Shown in pieces: positions 12,211-25,251 of a DNA stretch of 64,000 nucleotides; positions within the stretch are counted from its first letter, which is position 1; each line of letters opens with the position of its first letter. A program made the position numbers and the translations under genes. The DNA is from Podarcis pityusensis (taxonomy: Eukaryota): NCBI GenBank assembly GCA_964106645.2, contig OZ067046.1. One strand, 5' to 3'. The notes under the pieces were generated by a model that was given only the letters and a program-made list of their open reading frames with translations, had not been told where the DNA came from and searched no databases.

Positions 12211-12950
12211 AAGCACTATGATATTGCCCTTGTCTGTCTGTAGTAAATAGACTGAGAGCAGTGTTCTGCTTGTGTGTGTATGTGAGAGAGGTAGAGAGAG
12301 TGCAAAGGCAGAATACATCTGGAGTTGAACAGCAGCCAGTAAAGGGACACACATCTTTTTGTTGCTGTCCGCTTCTGCATGCTGCTTGCTCGGGGGCGGG
12401 GAACTAATGCTAATTTACAGATATGCACTGGCTGCCTGTATATTCAACAATGTGCTGTGTCAGTTCCATGTGACAAGCACACACCTCCATTTACCGTAGT
12501 AGTGGAAATTGCTATGATGCTTCCACAAATCACAGAAAAACTGTGGCTGCATTGAAAAGAGCATGCCATATGACTCCACATGGTCACATCAAGTGTCCAG
12601 TAATACATCTAGTGTATAAATACTACTTTGGGAGAAAAAATAAAATTCTCAGATGATAATATTTTTTTAAACTATATACCAACTATGTGGGGTTTGACAG
12701 TGGGACAGTGTAGGTAGGCTCTCCATGCCCTAACTTCTGCCAAAAGACTGATACTGATTCATTGGAAATATAATATCATGCCCTCCCTTGATCAATGAAT
12801 AGAATATATGACAACTCTTGCAGCATATGAATAGACACAGCTTATAGACGCTGATTGTGTATGGATAAATAAAATGATATTTGGAATGTATTTATACAAA
12901 TTATAATGACTTGTTAATAAGCTTACATTTGTTGGAATAATTATATTACT

Positions 12951-13588
12951 TAGAATCATAGAATCACAGAATCATAGAGTTGGAAGAGACCGCAAGGGCC
13001 ATCGAGTCCAACCCCTTGCCAAGCAGGAAACACCATCAGAGCACTCCTGACATATGGTTGTCAAGCCTCTGCTTAAAGACCTCCAAAGAAGGAGACTCCA
13101 CCACACTCCTTGGCAGCAAATTCCACTGTCGAACAGCTCTTACTGTCAGGAAGTTCTTCCTAATGTTTAGGTGGAATCTTCTTTCTTGTAGTTTGGATCC
13201 ATTGCTCCGTGTCCGCTTCTCTGGAGCAGCAGAAAACAACCTTTCTCCCTCCTCTATGTGACATCCTTTTATATATTTGAACATGGCTATCATATCACCC
13301 CTTAACCTCCTCTTCTCCAGGCTAAACATGCCCAGCTCCCTTAGCCGTTCCTCATAAGGCATCATTTCCAGGCCTTTGACCATTTTGGTTGCCCTCCTCT
13401 GGACACGTTCCAGTTTGTCAGTGTCCTTCTTGAACTGTGGTGCCCAGAACTGGACACAGTACTCCAGGTGAGGTCTGACCAGAGCAGAATACAGTGGCAC
13501 TATTACTTCCCTTGATCTAGATGCTATACTCCTATTGATGCAGCTCAGAATTGCATTGGCTTTTTTAGCTGCCGCATCACACTGTTGG
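12951..13588 (-). mobile_element. Young CR1 LINE, 5'-truncated
   Basis: ORF 13036-13500 ([15 protein letters not shown]...[11 protein letters not shown]...WNLLP) is the CR1 ORF2 C-terminus. It ends in the CR1 octamer tail (GATTCTAT)n. Confidence 0.97.
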
Positions 13589-13642
13589 TCAATGTATGGT
13601 CAATGTGCAGTGAAGATTGGGAGTTAGAATTCTACAACATCT

Positions 13643-13772
13643 ATAAAGATAAAGGGACCTCTGACCATTAGGTCCAGTTGCAGACGACTCTGGGGTTGCG
13701 GCGCTCATCTTGCTTTATTGGCCGAGGGAGCCGGTGTACAGCTTCCGGGTCATGTAGACACCATGACTAAGC
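13643..13772 (-). mobile_element. Sauria SINE 3' fragment
   Basis: Reverse complement of the 3' third of the copy at 21800. Imperfect TSD ctacaacatct/ctacaacgttt (13632-13642, 13773-13783). Confidence 0.85.
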
Positions 13773-14776
13773 CTACAACGTTTGTAGGGGACTGCATTGG
13801 CTACCCTTGCACTTGTACTTACAGCGTACAAAAATGATCTTAGCGTCTCTTCCTTATTTTCCCACAAGAAGTGTTCCTACAATATCTGCATTCCAGTATA
13901 CGGTAATTTACGACTGAATCCCAAGCCCAGTGGCTGAAAATTTAAGGGTTAACCACTCAAACATACTATTTACGGCTTGAGTCAGACATCTGCCATAGGT
14001 TATCATATCAATGAGAGAGGAAAACAGAGATCTGACTCAGAATGTATTAAAAATGGATGAGAAGCAAAACCGCAACATCACAACACTGTCATAAAAAGCA
14101 TATAAATGTGACTCCTTAGGCAGAAAACTACCACACATAGAACACTGTTATTTTTCTGTAAATCTGACTGTATGATAAAATTAAAACAAACACTGGCTCT
14201 GTTTCCTTATCACAGCCTAAAGGAAACTAGGGGGAAGGGGGAAAAGGTAGTAGCTTTACAGCCAAGAGTTATAAAATGTTTATCTCTGTAAATTCGAAGA
14301 AATCGTTGATGTGATAATCTTTGAGCGATGATCTGAAAATCATTTAAAGCAAGATCTCAATTCACTTTGCTCCTGCACGGTGGGTGAGAGAAGGGAATGA
14401 AGTCTATATTTTATGACCCTGACAATGAGGTATCTTTTAAAGCTAACTTGAATCTCCTACAGAAAATCACAAAGATATTGATCAGTTCAAGGAAAATGCT
14501 ATCCTGGTGAAAGGGAAAGTGCAAAAGATTTATGAGTCGGGCTCAGACCTTCCCCTGGGTCCCTTTATTCAGGAGATGAATATACCAGTATACATACTCC
14601 ATATAACTGCATAGTCATAGCAAAGAAACAACTGAAAAAGGAACAATACTTTCACACTTGCATTTATAGCATTAAGTTTACTGTTTAAGTATTTAACTAA
14701 AGCATGGATCCGATATGATAAATTAGACATTTCACATTGCAAAGGAAGGAAGAACAAAATCATTTAATCAAACAAG

Positions 14777-14989
14777 TAGTCGTACCTTGGAAGTCAAACG
14801 GAATCCGTTCCGGAAGTCCGTTCGACTTCCAAAACATTCAGAAACCAAAGCACAGAAGACTCAGAAGCCCCGTCGGACGTTCGGCTTCCAAAATAATGTT
14901 CAAAAACAGGAACACTCACTTCCGGGTTTTGATCATTCGGGAGCCAATTTGTTCGGGAGCCAAGGCGTTCGACTTCCAAGGTACGATTG
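14777..14989. mobile_element. Tc1/mariner (Tigger-like) MITE
   Basis: TIRs AGTCGTACCTTGGAAGTCaAACG / CGTTCGACTTCCAAGGTACGAtTG, followed by TA. Confidence 0.85.
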
Positions 14990-15317
14990 TATGTGAATGT
15001 ACTAGAGGGTGCATGATTCTCTTTGGAACATTTAACCTGATGACTTGGGGCAGGGACTCTAAGGAGGTAGCAGGGGAGACCTTTGGCATGCCTATATCTG
15101 CAAATTTTCTAAGGCTAGGGCCAATACAGAAACATTTGCAATACACTCAAATGAAGTAATGATTGTTACATTATAATTGTTGCATGTTCTGACTATTACA
15201 GATGTGCATCTGTTCTGTATGGACTCTGCATCACAAGCAGAAGAGTGGGGGATCTGGCCCTTGAAGTGGCACTCCCATGACATGCAACAAAATCAGATGA
15301 GACTGATTTTCTAGATA

Positions 15318-16580
15318 CAGTATATCTGAATTGTGGTTTTGGCCTGGTTTTGGCACAGAAACTGCTTTGGTCAGGGGTAGGCAACCTAAGGCCTTTGGGC
15401 CGGATACGGCCCAATCGCCTTCTCAATCTGGCCATGGACAGTCCGGGAATCAGCGTGTTTTTACATGAGTAGAATGTGTCCTTTTATTTAAAATGCATCT
15501 CTGGGTTATTTGTGGGGCCTGCCTGGTGTTTTTACATGAATAGAATATGTGCTTTTATTTAAAATGCATCTCTGGGTTATTTGTGGGGCATAGGAATTCG
15601 TTCATTTCCCCCCAAAAAAAATTCGGTCTGGCCCACCACATGGTCTGAGGGACAGTGGACCATCCCATGGCTGAAAAAGGTTGCTGACCCCTGGCCTTGG
15701 TCATCCCAAACGATGACCTCTGTCCAGAGAGAAACAAGGGAAGTGCGATGCTGTTGATTCTCCTTGATTTCTCAGCAGCTTTTGATACCATCTAGGAACA
15801 GCTGTCTGCAATAGGACCAGGTAGTACTGTGTTGAGATAGTTCCAGTCTTATTTGGATGTCTGTCTCCAAAGGGTGGTGCTAGAGGATGCTAATCAGCCC
15901 CATGGAATCTGCAGTATGGGGTTTCACAGGGGCTTATATTATCCCCATGAATGTTTAACTATAGGAAAATGTTAAGTGAGGTTATCCAGAGACTAGGAGT
16001 ATGATGTCATCAATATACAGATGACACACAGCTATATTTATCTTTTACATTTTTAGGTATGGCAGTGGATGTGCTAGATCAGTGTCTAGCTTTGGTAATC
16101 AACTGAATGAGATCCAATAAACTGATACTCAAACTGAAGCATCATTAGTGGGCAGTTCCTAAGTCCAGTTCAGCCTTTTCTGAAAGGTGTTGCACTCAGG
16201 CACAGGTACACAGGTTTGGAATACTTCTGGAACCACTTTTGTCACTGGTGGCACAGAATGCTTTCCATCAGCTTCAGCTGGTGGCCCAGCCACAACCCTA
16301 TGTGGACGGAAATATCATAGCTCCAAGTTGCCTATGCTCAGGTAACTTCTAGGTTAGATCATTGTGGTGCATTTTATGTGGGGCTGCCTTTGAAGACAAT
16401 TTGGAAACTACAGCTAGTGCAGAATTGTGTGACCAGATTATTCATGGGTATCAGAAGACCTGGTCGTACTACACAAATACTTGCTCGACTGCTCTAACTA
16501 CCGATTAGTTGCTGGGCTCAATTCAAAGTGCTAGTTTTGATGTTTAAAGTCCTATATGGCTCAGGACAGCAATACCTCAA
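15318..16580 (+). mobile_element. Decayed L2 LINE RT region, interrupted by a hAT MITE
   Basis: Frameshifted RT motifs GFGTETALV, LLILLDFSAAFDTI, YGVSQG, HQYTDDTQLY and QFKVLVLMFKVL. Confidence 0.85.
15372..15693. mobile_element. hAT-type MITE with 8-bp TSD
   Basis: TIRs CAGGGGTAGGCAACCT / AGGTTGCTGACCCCTG; TSD gctttggt/gccttggt; internal ~63-bp duplicated segment. Confidence 0.9.
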
Positions 16581-16815
16581 GGTCCAATTCCTGAGTGTCA
16601 TCAGAACATGGGAATGGCTTGACAAACACATAGGCTTGTCTTGTCATAGCCTGGCTGGATCGGAATCCTTTTGATTTTGCTTCTAACATGGGTAGCACTC
16701 CCTGTGTTGCCTTGAAACATGTTTTGTTATTGATATAGAAAGCCTTCCCCAAACTGGTGGTAGGTGCCATAGTCTTAGTACTTGAGAAAGTGGGAAGCAC
16801 ATAGTAATACATAGT

Positions 16816-17137
16816 AATATATAAAAGGATGTCACATAGAGGAGGGAGAAAGGTTGTTTTCTGCTGCTCCAGAGAAGCGGACACGGAGCAATGGATCCAA
16901 ACTACAAGAAAGAAGATTCCACCTAAACATTAGGAAGAACTTCCTGACAGTAAGAGCTGTTCGACAGTGGAATTTGCTGCCAAGGAGTGTGGTGGAGTCT
17001 CCTTCTTTGGAGGTCTTTAAGCAGAGGCTTGACAACCATATGTCAGGAGTGCTCTGATGGTGTTTCCTGCTTGGCAGGGGGTTGGACTCGATGGCCCTTG
17101 TGGTCTCTTCCAACTCTATGATTCTATGATTCTATGA
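16816..17137 (+). mobile_element. Young CR1 LINE 3' end
   Basis: Near-identical reverse complement of the 3' ~320 bp of the copies at 12951 and 27095, with octamer tail. Confidence 0.97.
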
Positions 17138-17147
17138 ATACCCTTGG

Positions 17148-17339
17148 AACACAGGAAGTTGCCTTATACTGAATTAGACCATTGATCTATCTAGCTCTGT
17201 GTAGCCTATAGTATCTGGCAGAGACCACCCAGAGTTTCAAACAGGGAGTATTTCCCAGCCCTACCTGGGGATACTTGGGATTGGACCTGGGACTTCCTGC
17301 ATGCAAAGCAGATGCCTTTCCACAGAACTACAGCCCTTC
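17148..17339 (-). mobile_element. tRNA-derived SINE (Squam3-like)
   Basis: Minus strand reads a tRNA-like head GGGCTGTAGtTCtGTGG...GCATCTGCTTTGCATGCAG and tail CAGTATAAGGCAACTTCCTGTGTTC. Confidence 0.75.
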
Positions 17340-18079
17340 TACTAATATACTTCTACTAATATACTATTATTGCTGTTGGCTTTGGTACCTATTAATTGTA
17401 AGATGTAAATAACAAATAAGTCACTGCCTCTGTGATGTCCACTCAAGCAATAGTGGTGGTTTCTATAGTTAGTCTTTTCAAAAAGAAACAAAGCCACAAT
17501 CCACCCATCAGTCCGTTTGCCCCTTAGATATGTCTACATTTCATTCTGAGTTTTCAGATAAAGGAATCTATTCTTCTAAATAAGAATTCATTCTACAAGG
17601 CAATACTGGACTGGTTTGCTGGAGGGCTGCTTTCTCTCGCCCTCTTTCAGTTCATTCGCACATATCTGAAACTATTATGTCACCTTCTGGCCTCTGAGGC
17701 CTCCTACTCAGCTGGAGGTTCAAAGCAACACTACTAATGCCATTACTTATTTTCTTCCTGCTTGTAGACAGACAGCCACATCCTAGCACCAACTCAATGT
17801 TAAAAGGCTCAAGAAGACCAGGGTGACCCTGTACAGTCTCATTTCAAATACTGTTTCTGTGCTGGTGCTGCAGCTCCCAAAACATAAGGTGGATCTTCAA
17901 AAAAGACATGCAGATGACTTTAACATGAACCCCAGTTTTGTGCTTTGATTGAAAATAAATTCTCCATTTCCTGCCAGTTAGTCAATAAAGTCTATATTAA
18001 CAGAAAATGTTGGGAGATCAATGGACTGAACACACATCTGTCTTGTGTCTATCCAGCAGTCCCTAAAATAACTCTGCCT

Positions 18080-18080
<1 letters not shown>

Positions 18081-18119
<39 letters not shown>

Positions 18120-18134
18120 TATTAATATTATTAT
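18081..18134. repeat. (TAT)n microsatellite
   Basis: Direct reading. Confidence 0.95.
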
Positions 18135-20040
18135 GCTTCTTTTTATTTCCTGGAACATCTGTGCAGTGTCATCTTTCTCTTTTTTATAAACACTCCTCAA
18201 AAGCCACTTCCACAGAAATGAATTGTACAAAACCTTAGTATATTCATCTAAAACCAAAATAAATCATAAATGTGCGTAACTACATTGGCTTCTTCCTCTC
18301 CCTGTGCTGTGCTAAATTAATCTGTAAAGGACTTTGTACATTGATGGTGTAGTAGTAGCAGTAGCAGCAGTATCTGCTGAATATATACATCATCTGAAGT
18401 GTGGGCTCTCTGTTCCACTGCCAAGGGAGATACAGGGGCTTTTTGGTGCTATCACCCTAGTAGTGGAACTCTCTCTTGAGAGAAAATCAACTTTGATTGT
18501 TTTCAGGTAGGCAGCCAAAGCATATGTATTCCACCAGTATTTTAAGAGTGCTAATCCAGTATTGATACCCCGCTTACGTAACTGTTTCTCTCTCAATTTT
18601 TTAAATGGCGTTCAAATATTTGTATACAGTTGCAAACTGCCTTGGAGTCCCTTTATATAAATAGAAACAATAACAACAACAGTAATAATGATGATTATAA
18701 TGATAATATTACTTCAGAGAGATGTAATCATGTTGAATATATATCTACTTGGAAGGTATGTGTGCACTGTTGTGCTCTCAAAGCTATACTGTCTTCCACC
18801 TCATCTAAAACATTTTTTTTGACACCACCACACAGCGGGTGTACAATCTCCCCAGGTAAATCTTACTATACAGCATGTTTAACTACTTCCCATCTGACCT
18901 TACAATTGTAGGCTCTTCTGCTACCATTGCTACTTAACAATTGTTTGCTTACAACAAGCCCTGGAAGATTTTGCATCTTCATTGCAGCATGGTTTTGAAG
19001 TTTTAAATTGTTTAAGCAGTAATTATTGTATATGGGTATGTTGCAATGCATCACACATTTGATAGTCTTATGTCTGTACACATAGTGGAACTTTAGAGAA
19101 ACCAAATAATACTCAGTGAAGGAAATGAGTACGTCTATCTCAATTTTGGAGAAGAATTGTAAATTACATCCTGAATCCTTCCAATAAACGTGCAAATGAA
19201 TATAGCAACGAGCTGGTCTGACGTGTTCTGAAAAGCAAAGAGCAATACATACCATCAAGTTGACACTCAGCCCATTACTATTCACTCTGAGTATGCACTG
19301 TGAGGGTTTATAAAAACCAAAACTTAAACAACAACAAATCCCTTATAGCAAAACACTTCACTCTCTGTATATGCAAATAATGTACTCCACCTTATTTTAA
19401 CTTGCAAATTTCCAGCACACCGAAAAAGTAAACTGATGGCCAAAAGCAGATTCCCAACAAAACACATTACATTAGAAATTAGTACCATTTCTGTCGTCAC
19501 ACAAGGAAGCACTGAACACCCCATGGCTGTAAGGCCAGGCTAATATGAGGAAAATGTGTTTTAATAAGGCATGCAGTGTATTTTCTTCACCCTGAGAGGT
19601 GGAGGATTTGGGTAGGAAGAGATGATGAATGACTTTAAATTCTGCAGGGGGCGTCTGCTGCAGTAGCTGTTCAGAAAGGCGCCAAGGTTCTGTCATGCCA
19701 CTTTTCCTTTCTCCAGGCAAAAATGAAATGAGTGCAACTGAGGGAAGCGTGACTTCATGCTGGAGTAGGACACGGTTGCATCTCTCTTCCTTTTAAAAAA
19801 GAAGCTTGCTTTGTCTTTTCCTGGCCCACATGCCACAGATTCCCAAGACAATGTGTTTTCCCAACAAGGATCTAAGGTTAAAAAGATTAGGGAAAAGAAA
19901 GATTCCTCTTCCTATAAATGTCCCAGCCACACAGAAACTATAAACTACAGTACATATATTGCACTGAATGTAAGACCTCATTCTCACTGAGCTACTTTGG
20001 GAAGTGATGGGGAATCTGTGACCCATCAAATGTTGTTGGG

Positions 20041-20233
20041 GAAGGGATGCCACTCAGCGGAAGAGCATCTGCCTTACTTGTAGAAGGTTCAATCCCTGGT
20101 ATCTCCAAGTAGGCCTGGGAGAGACTCCCTGCCTGAAACCTTGGAGAGCCATTGCCAGTCACTGTAGATGCAGCTGAGCTCTGAGCTAGACAGACCCAAC
20201 AGTCTGACTCAGTATAAGGCAGCATCCTGTGTT
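20041..20233 (+). mobile_element. tRNA-derived SINE (Squam3-like)
   Basis: AGAGCATCTGC...GGTTCAATCCCTGG B-box, body CCTGAAACCTTGGAGAGCCAtTGCCAGTC, tail GACTCAGTATAAGGCAGC. Confidence 0.8.
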
Positions 20234-21539
20234 GAAACACAACTATCACCAGCCTCAGCCAGCATGGTCAAGAATCGCAGGTGATGGGAGCTATGGTATA
20301 AAATGTCTATTTCAGGGGAAAGTGTGGGGGGAAAGTGTGTACAGTTTAGTTTAGATGAGTGTGTGTGTGTGTGTGTGTGTGTTAAAAACAACAACAAAAA
20401 TGGGGTGGTGGTGGGAAACTTATGACATAACACATACAGGGCTGAAATGGGACATAAATAGGTTGATCTGTCCATCCCTTGCCAAAAATTACTCCTTTGG
20501 GAAAGTAACTTTGAGAAAGGACAGAAAAAATGGGTTGTCTGCCAGAAAGTCCTGTTAGCAGAGGCAACGTTCTCAAGAAACCCTGACTATTGCATCAAGG
20601 TCCTGGCAACTACTTGATTTATGTACAAGTTTATATATCTCGCTAGCAGGGTTCCTGAGACAGGCTTGCATAGGATTTGTCCTAGTGCACAGGTGGCAAA
20701 CCTTTAGCTCTCCAGATGTTGCTACAATCCAACTCCCATCAGTCTTGGCTCTCCATCTCTGCTGTAGGTGAAGACTCTCATAACTGAATGCACCCCTCCT
20801 TTTTTTTTAATGCACTATGGACAGAAAACTAGAAGTCAGGGAGAAGACTTCTATGGCGGTGCCTCCAGTCTGAAGTGGCACAGCCCTGGCACAGGTTTAT
20901 CACCTCAGTGAGAAATAGGCAAAAATTACATTGGTTTTGCTATGTAGCCTCTCTATTAGTCCTGCAGAACACTCTGCTTTTCTCATTCACTCTTTCAGTG
21001 CTAGGTATTCAATAAGCAGTAATTACTGTCCATCAGCACAGCACCTGTAGTTCACCCACGCCTCCCTTCCCATATGTTGCTCTTTGACATAACAACATCC
21101 ATATTTCCATCTTCCTTTATGCTACTTTGCGTCAATCACATAAATATGGAAGTAATTTTAAATTTCAACTTTTCTTCCTCTAAAAGAAATATGAAATGTG
21201 CAGATTGTGTCGATGCAATACAACACTCACAAGGAAAAATGGGTTTTCAGTTTAGGATGCTTGAAAGGCTTGATCCTTGTGAGGTCTGAGAAAAACTGAC
21301 CTAATCCATACCTCCACACCCACCTGATCCACACCTGATCCGCTAAAGTGTGGTGCAGACCTACCTAAAGGATTTCACATTTCTCAGAATGTTGTGACAT
21401 GATTTTCAGCAATTTATTTGTATCAAAATACATTAAAACTGTGTGTCTTGAGGAGGGAAAAACCTTTAAGAATGTGTATTTGAAATTCAAGTGTGAATAT
21501 CCCATGTGGATTTCAATAAAATCACAGACTCAGTCTGAA

Positions 21540-21645
21540 TGAGTTGTACCCAACTAAGTTCTACCCAGCATAGAACCACAGGATGATCTTCGGTCCAATA
21601 ATTTCAATGGGTCTACTCTGTGTAGAACTTGTTTGATACAACTCA
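21540..21645. mobile_element. Old palindromic MITE-like repeat
   Basis: TGAGTTGTAcCcAACtAAGTTCTAC / GTAGAACTTGTTtGaTACAACTCA inverted ends. Related pieces lie near 34680 and 38580. Confidence 0.55.
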
Positions 21646-21799
21646 ATGAACTTCAGGGTGAGCACATTTTAAAGGGAAACCAACAAGAAAAGTTTGAGTC
21701 AATAAAAAAAAGTTTTTCCAATTATCCCAAATCACATCTTCCTATTAACAAATAGGGAAGGCAAACTGGGAGGTTGTAATGAGTGGGGAAATTGTGTGA

Positions 21800-22151
21800 G
21801 GGATGCGGGTGGCGCTGTGGGTTAAACCACAGAGCCCAGGACTTGCTGATCAGAAGGTCAGCGGTTCGAATCCCCGCAACGGGGTGAGCTCCCATTGTTC
21901 AGTCCCTGCTCCTGCCAATCTAGCAGTTCGAAAGCACGTCAAAGTGCAAGTAGATTAATAGGTACCGCTCCGGCGGGAAGGTAAACGGCGTTTCCGTGCG
22001 CTGCTCTGGTTCACCAGAAGTGGCTTAGTCATGCTGGCCACATGACCCAGAAGCTGTACGCTGGCTCCCTTGGCCAATAAAGCGAGATGAGTGCCGCAAC
22101 CCCAGAGTCAGCCACGACTGCACCTAATGGTCAGGGGTCCCTTTACCTTTA
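21800..22151 (+). mobile_element. Full-length Sauria SINE
   Basis: GGGAtGCGGGTGGCGCTGTGG A-box region, B-box GGTTCGAATCC (21863-21873), (ACCTTT)n tail. Confidence 0.95.
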
Positions 22152-22289
22152 TTGAAGCTGCCATGTCTCTTATTGGAGCACACACACCCCTTCATTCACA
22201 ATGAGTGTGGAGATGTAGATGCTAAAATAGTGTCAAGGGAGCTTTTGGCATTTGTAAGAACCCAACTCTTATGACATTTGCTCCCACAG

Positions 22290-22540
22290 GAGGAAGTGAT
22301 GTCCATCAGCTTTGATGGTTTTAAAAGAGGATACGACAAATTTACAGAGGTAGAGGCTATCAGTGGCTACCAGCCATGATGGCTATTCTCTGCCTCTGCA
22401 GTTGCTGGACGCCACAGGAGAGGAGAGTGCTGTTCCTGCTTGCAGATTTCCTACAGCCATCCAGTTGGCCGCTGTGAGAACAGGTTATTGGAGTAGATGG
22501 GCCATTAGTCTGATCCAACAGGCTCTTCTTATGTTCTTAA
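22290..22540 (+). mobile_element. Older CR1-family 3' end
   Basis: TTTAAAAGAGGA...GACAAATT...CTGATCCAACAGGCTCTTCTTATGTTCTTA tail. A similar tail is at 41820-41920. Confidence 0.65.
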
Positions 22541-23281
22541 CCCTAAACATTTTCTAGAATCATGGTTTTCTTCTTGTTTAAGTTCACCTTTATCAGTCAG
22601 GATTAATGCATTCTTAATGAGCTTTTGTTTTTTTAATATTGTACAACTTTAATTGGTTTGTTGTTTTATTGTGATGAGATTTTAAAATTGTTTTCCCCAA
22701 GCTCTGATCTCTAGAGAAGAGATGACATGGAAATCAAAACAAATAACCTTACACATGAGGGAGATAAAAAATGAAAGATACTTTTTCCTAAGCTGTGAAT
22801 CAAAGAGTACTGAACACAAAAGATAACTATTAAGGAATTAACCAAACATACTAGATGGCTAAGTGCTCCAGTGTGTCAACAGTAGAGCATTAGCTTAACT
22901 GACTTGTTTTTTATATGAATAAAGTAAATGAAATAATCAAATATTTTGGTTAAATTCTAGGCCTCTTCCTGTCAGGAAAACCTATTTATTTCCCAAATCC
23001 AAACTAACAGAGGTTTTGGTTTCTTTATTTTTCCGGATGTGTTTTTCTATTTGCATTATGACTGTCATCTAGTACACAGTATGTGCACCTAAATTCAATT
23101 CAATTTTACATAACATTCTAATGATGTATTACAATGTTTACACTATGATGGAGAAATGGCGATGGCCACCTATTGTTCACACACGCCCTCAAGTGAAGAT
23201 TCATGAGAAATGTAAAGATCACAATTTTTATTAAAGATCTGTAAATAACAAATATCTGTGGGCTTGTAATTTGCATAGAGG

Positions 23282-23459
23282 CAGTGCTTTTTCGGGGGGG
23301 GGGATACAAGGGGACACATACCCCAAAACATTTTGTGAATCTTTGTACTTTTGTCCATTTACTTTATTTATTTTTCCTGATTTGAACTATAAAATGGTAA
23401 TTTTCTTGAGTCAAAATGTGAGTACCCCTAAACATTTTTTTAAAGGAAAAAAAGCACTG
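23282..23459. mobile_element. hAT-type MITE with 8-bp TSD
   Basis: TIRs CAGTGCTTTTT / AAAAAGCACTG; TSD catagagg/cacagagg. Confidence 0.85.
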
Positions 23460-23836
23460 CACAGAGGATAAAGCTTATGCAAATGTCATTATATCTTATC
23501 ACAGACAATATCACCTTTCTCAACCCTCAGCACAATTTAAGTGGCATTCTGTTTGCCCACTAACCATGAAGATGAGCTGAAGGTACCCCTGCTTCCTCAC
23601 CCTTTCCCCACTGTTCAGCATTCAGCAAGACTGTTGCTTCAGGTCCCAATAATCTCTAATCAAACATACTGAGGTGATTGGTCAGATATCCTTCACCCAA
23701 GTGTGCCTCAAGATGCTTACCCGATATCCATAATAATTCCCAGCCTGCCCTAAATACCAAATTGTGAAAGTAAGATAAGGCCAAATCATTCACACATACC
23801 ACAAATATGAATGATGCAGAGTAAAGTGAATAACTG

Positions 23837-24988
23837 TGTAAGACTAATAAGGGTCACCCCCCAATCATAACCCATAGCCCAAAGGCAATTGGCTACTCCT
23901 GCAGTGCTCACAGCATAGGTTGCTGCCAAGTAATTGGGGAAGAGGACTCATAGTGCTTCCCTTATAAAGAGAGCAATGTAGCGAATCCGCCCGATTAATA
24001 CCACCCATTAATAATGCGGTAGATCCACTTCTACGAACTGCCCCCAATTAAATATAGTGCACCCACCTCACGGTACACCAATTACACAAATTTCTACAAT
24101 TTACCACAGATTATCTAGTGGGGGACTTGTGTGAGTCTGAGGCAGGAGCTGATCAAACGAACAAAAGTTTTATTAAACAAAAATAAGTTTATGAAACTAA
24201 GCGGATAAGGAAATGAGTTCTTTCAGGTAGAAGCTAACTTATTTACTTTAACTAAGTATAAGATTTCTCAGGCTTAAAGACAATACTATAGGCACAACTC
24301 TTCTTAAACTTCAGCTACTAAAAATCACTTGGTACACTTCAGGTAGATAAATATTCAGGTTTCCAGAATAGATGGTAAAATGCTCAACTTAGTTTCTCAC
24401 TTAGATATTACAATTAAATACTTTCAATACCATACCACTTCCTTCACAGCTTAATACTTTGGTTCATGAATGAGGGACACTTCTCCTCAGTTACCCACTC
24501 TCTTAACAATCCAACGTGTTGTATTATAAATGGTATAACAGACTTTTTACTGGGTTTTACTGGTCTTCACTACCTAGAAGAACTCTCCCTTCCTGGCTAT
24601 ACTGACACCCAGGTAGCCTGTACTCCCACAAGATCAACCTCTCCCAGTTCAGTCACAGCTCTCCCAGGACACTTCTGTCTGAATACCTTCCCCAGACCCT
24701 CAACACGGTCTCCCTATCCAAGCTGCGAGGCTCTGTCCTCTTGCTATGGATAGTTTCCTCAGTGTAGATGTTTAACTGAACTCAGGACCAGTTCTCCCTA
24801 CCTCCCAACCTGAAACATGTCTAATATATCTCAAATCAAATCCTACCCCTCTTTTCAAATCCAGGCCCACCTCTCATCTTAAATCCAGCATATCTAACTC
24901 TTTCCCTCAGAAACTGCTCCTTTTATTCTTCCTCCCAAAATGCTGTTCTTCCCCGCTCTGGCGTGGTCTGGCTCTGCTGTCCATCACA
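23837..24988 (-). mobile_element. Probable solo LTR (~1.15 kb)
   Basis: TGTAA...TCACA termini, strand-skewed composition distinct from the flanks, minus-strand AATAAA near 24170. No TSD found. Confidence 0.4.
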
Positions 24989-25251
24989 GGAGCATCTGCC
25001 CACCTTCCCATGGCCACAAATGTGGTATGATGCCCTTACTTGACCGTCTCCCCAATGGATGAAGCCCACTTGAGTCTTCCTCTAGGCTTAGGGCATGGAA
25101 CAAATGTGCCATCATGCAAATGGCAGTGGAGTAGCCAGGCTGCTACCTCATTGAAAACCACAATACAGACTTGCCTCAATACCTATTGAATATACAAAAA
25201 CCAGAGGACATGTGGTGTCCAATACATCCAATGTACTAAGCTTAAATGTTA

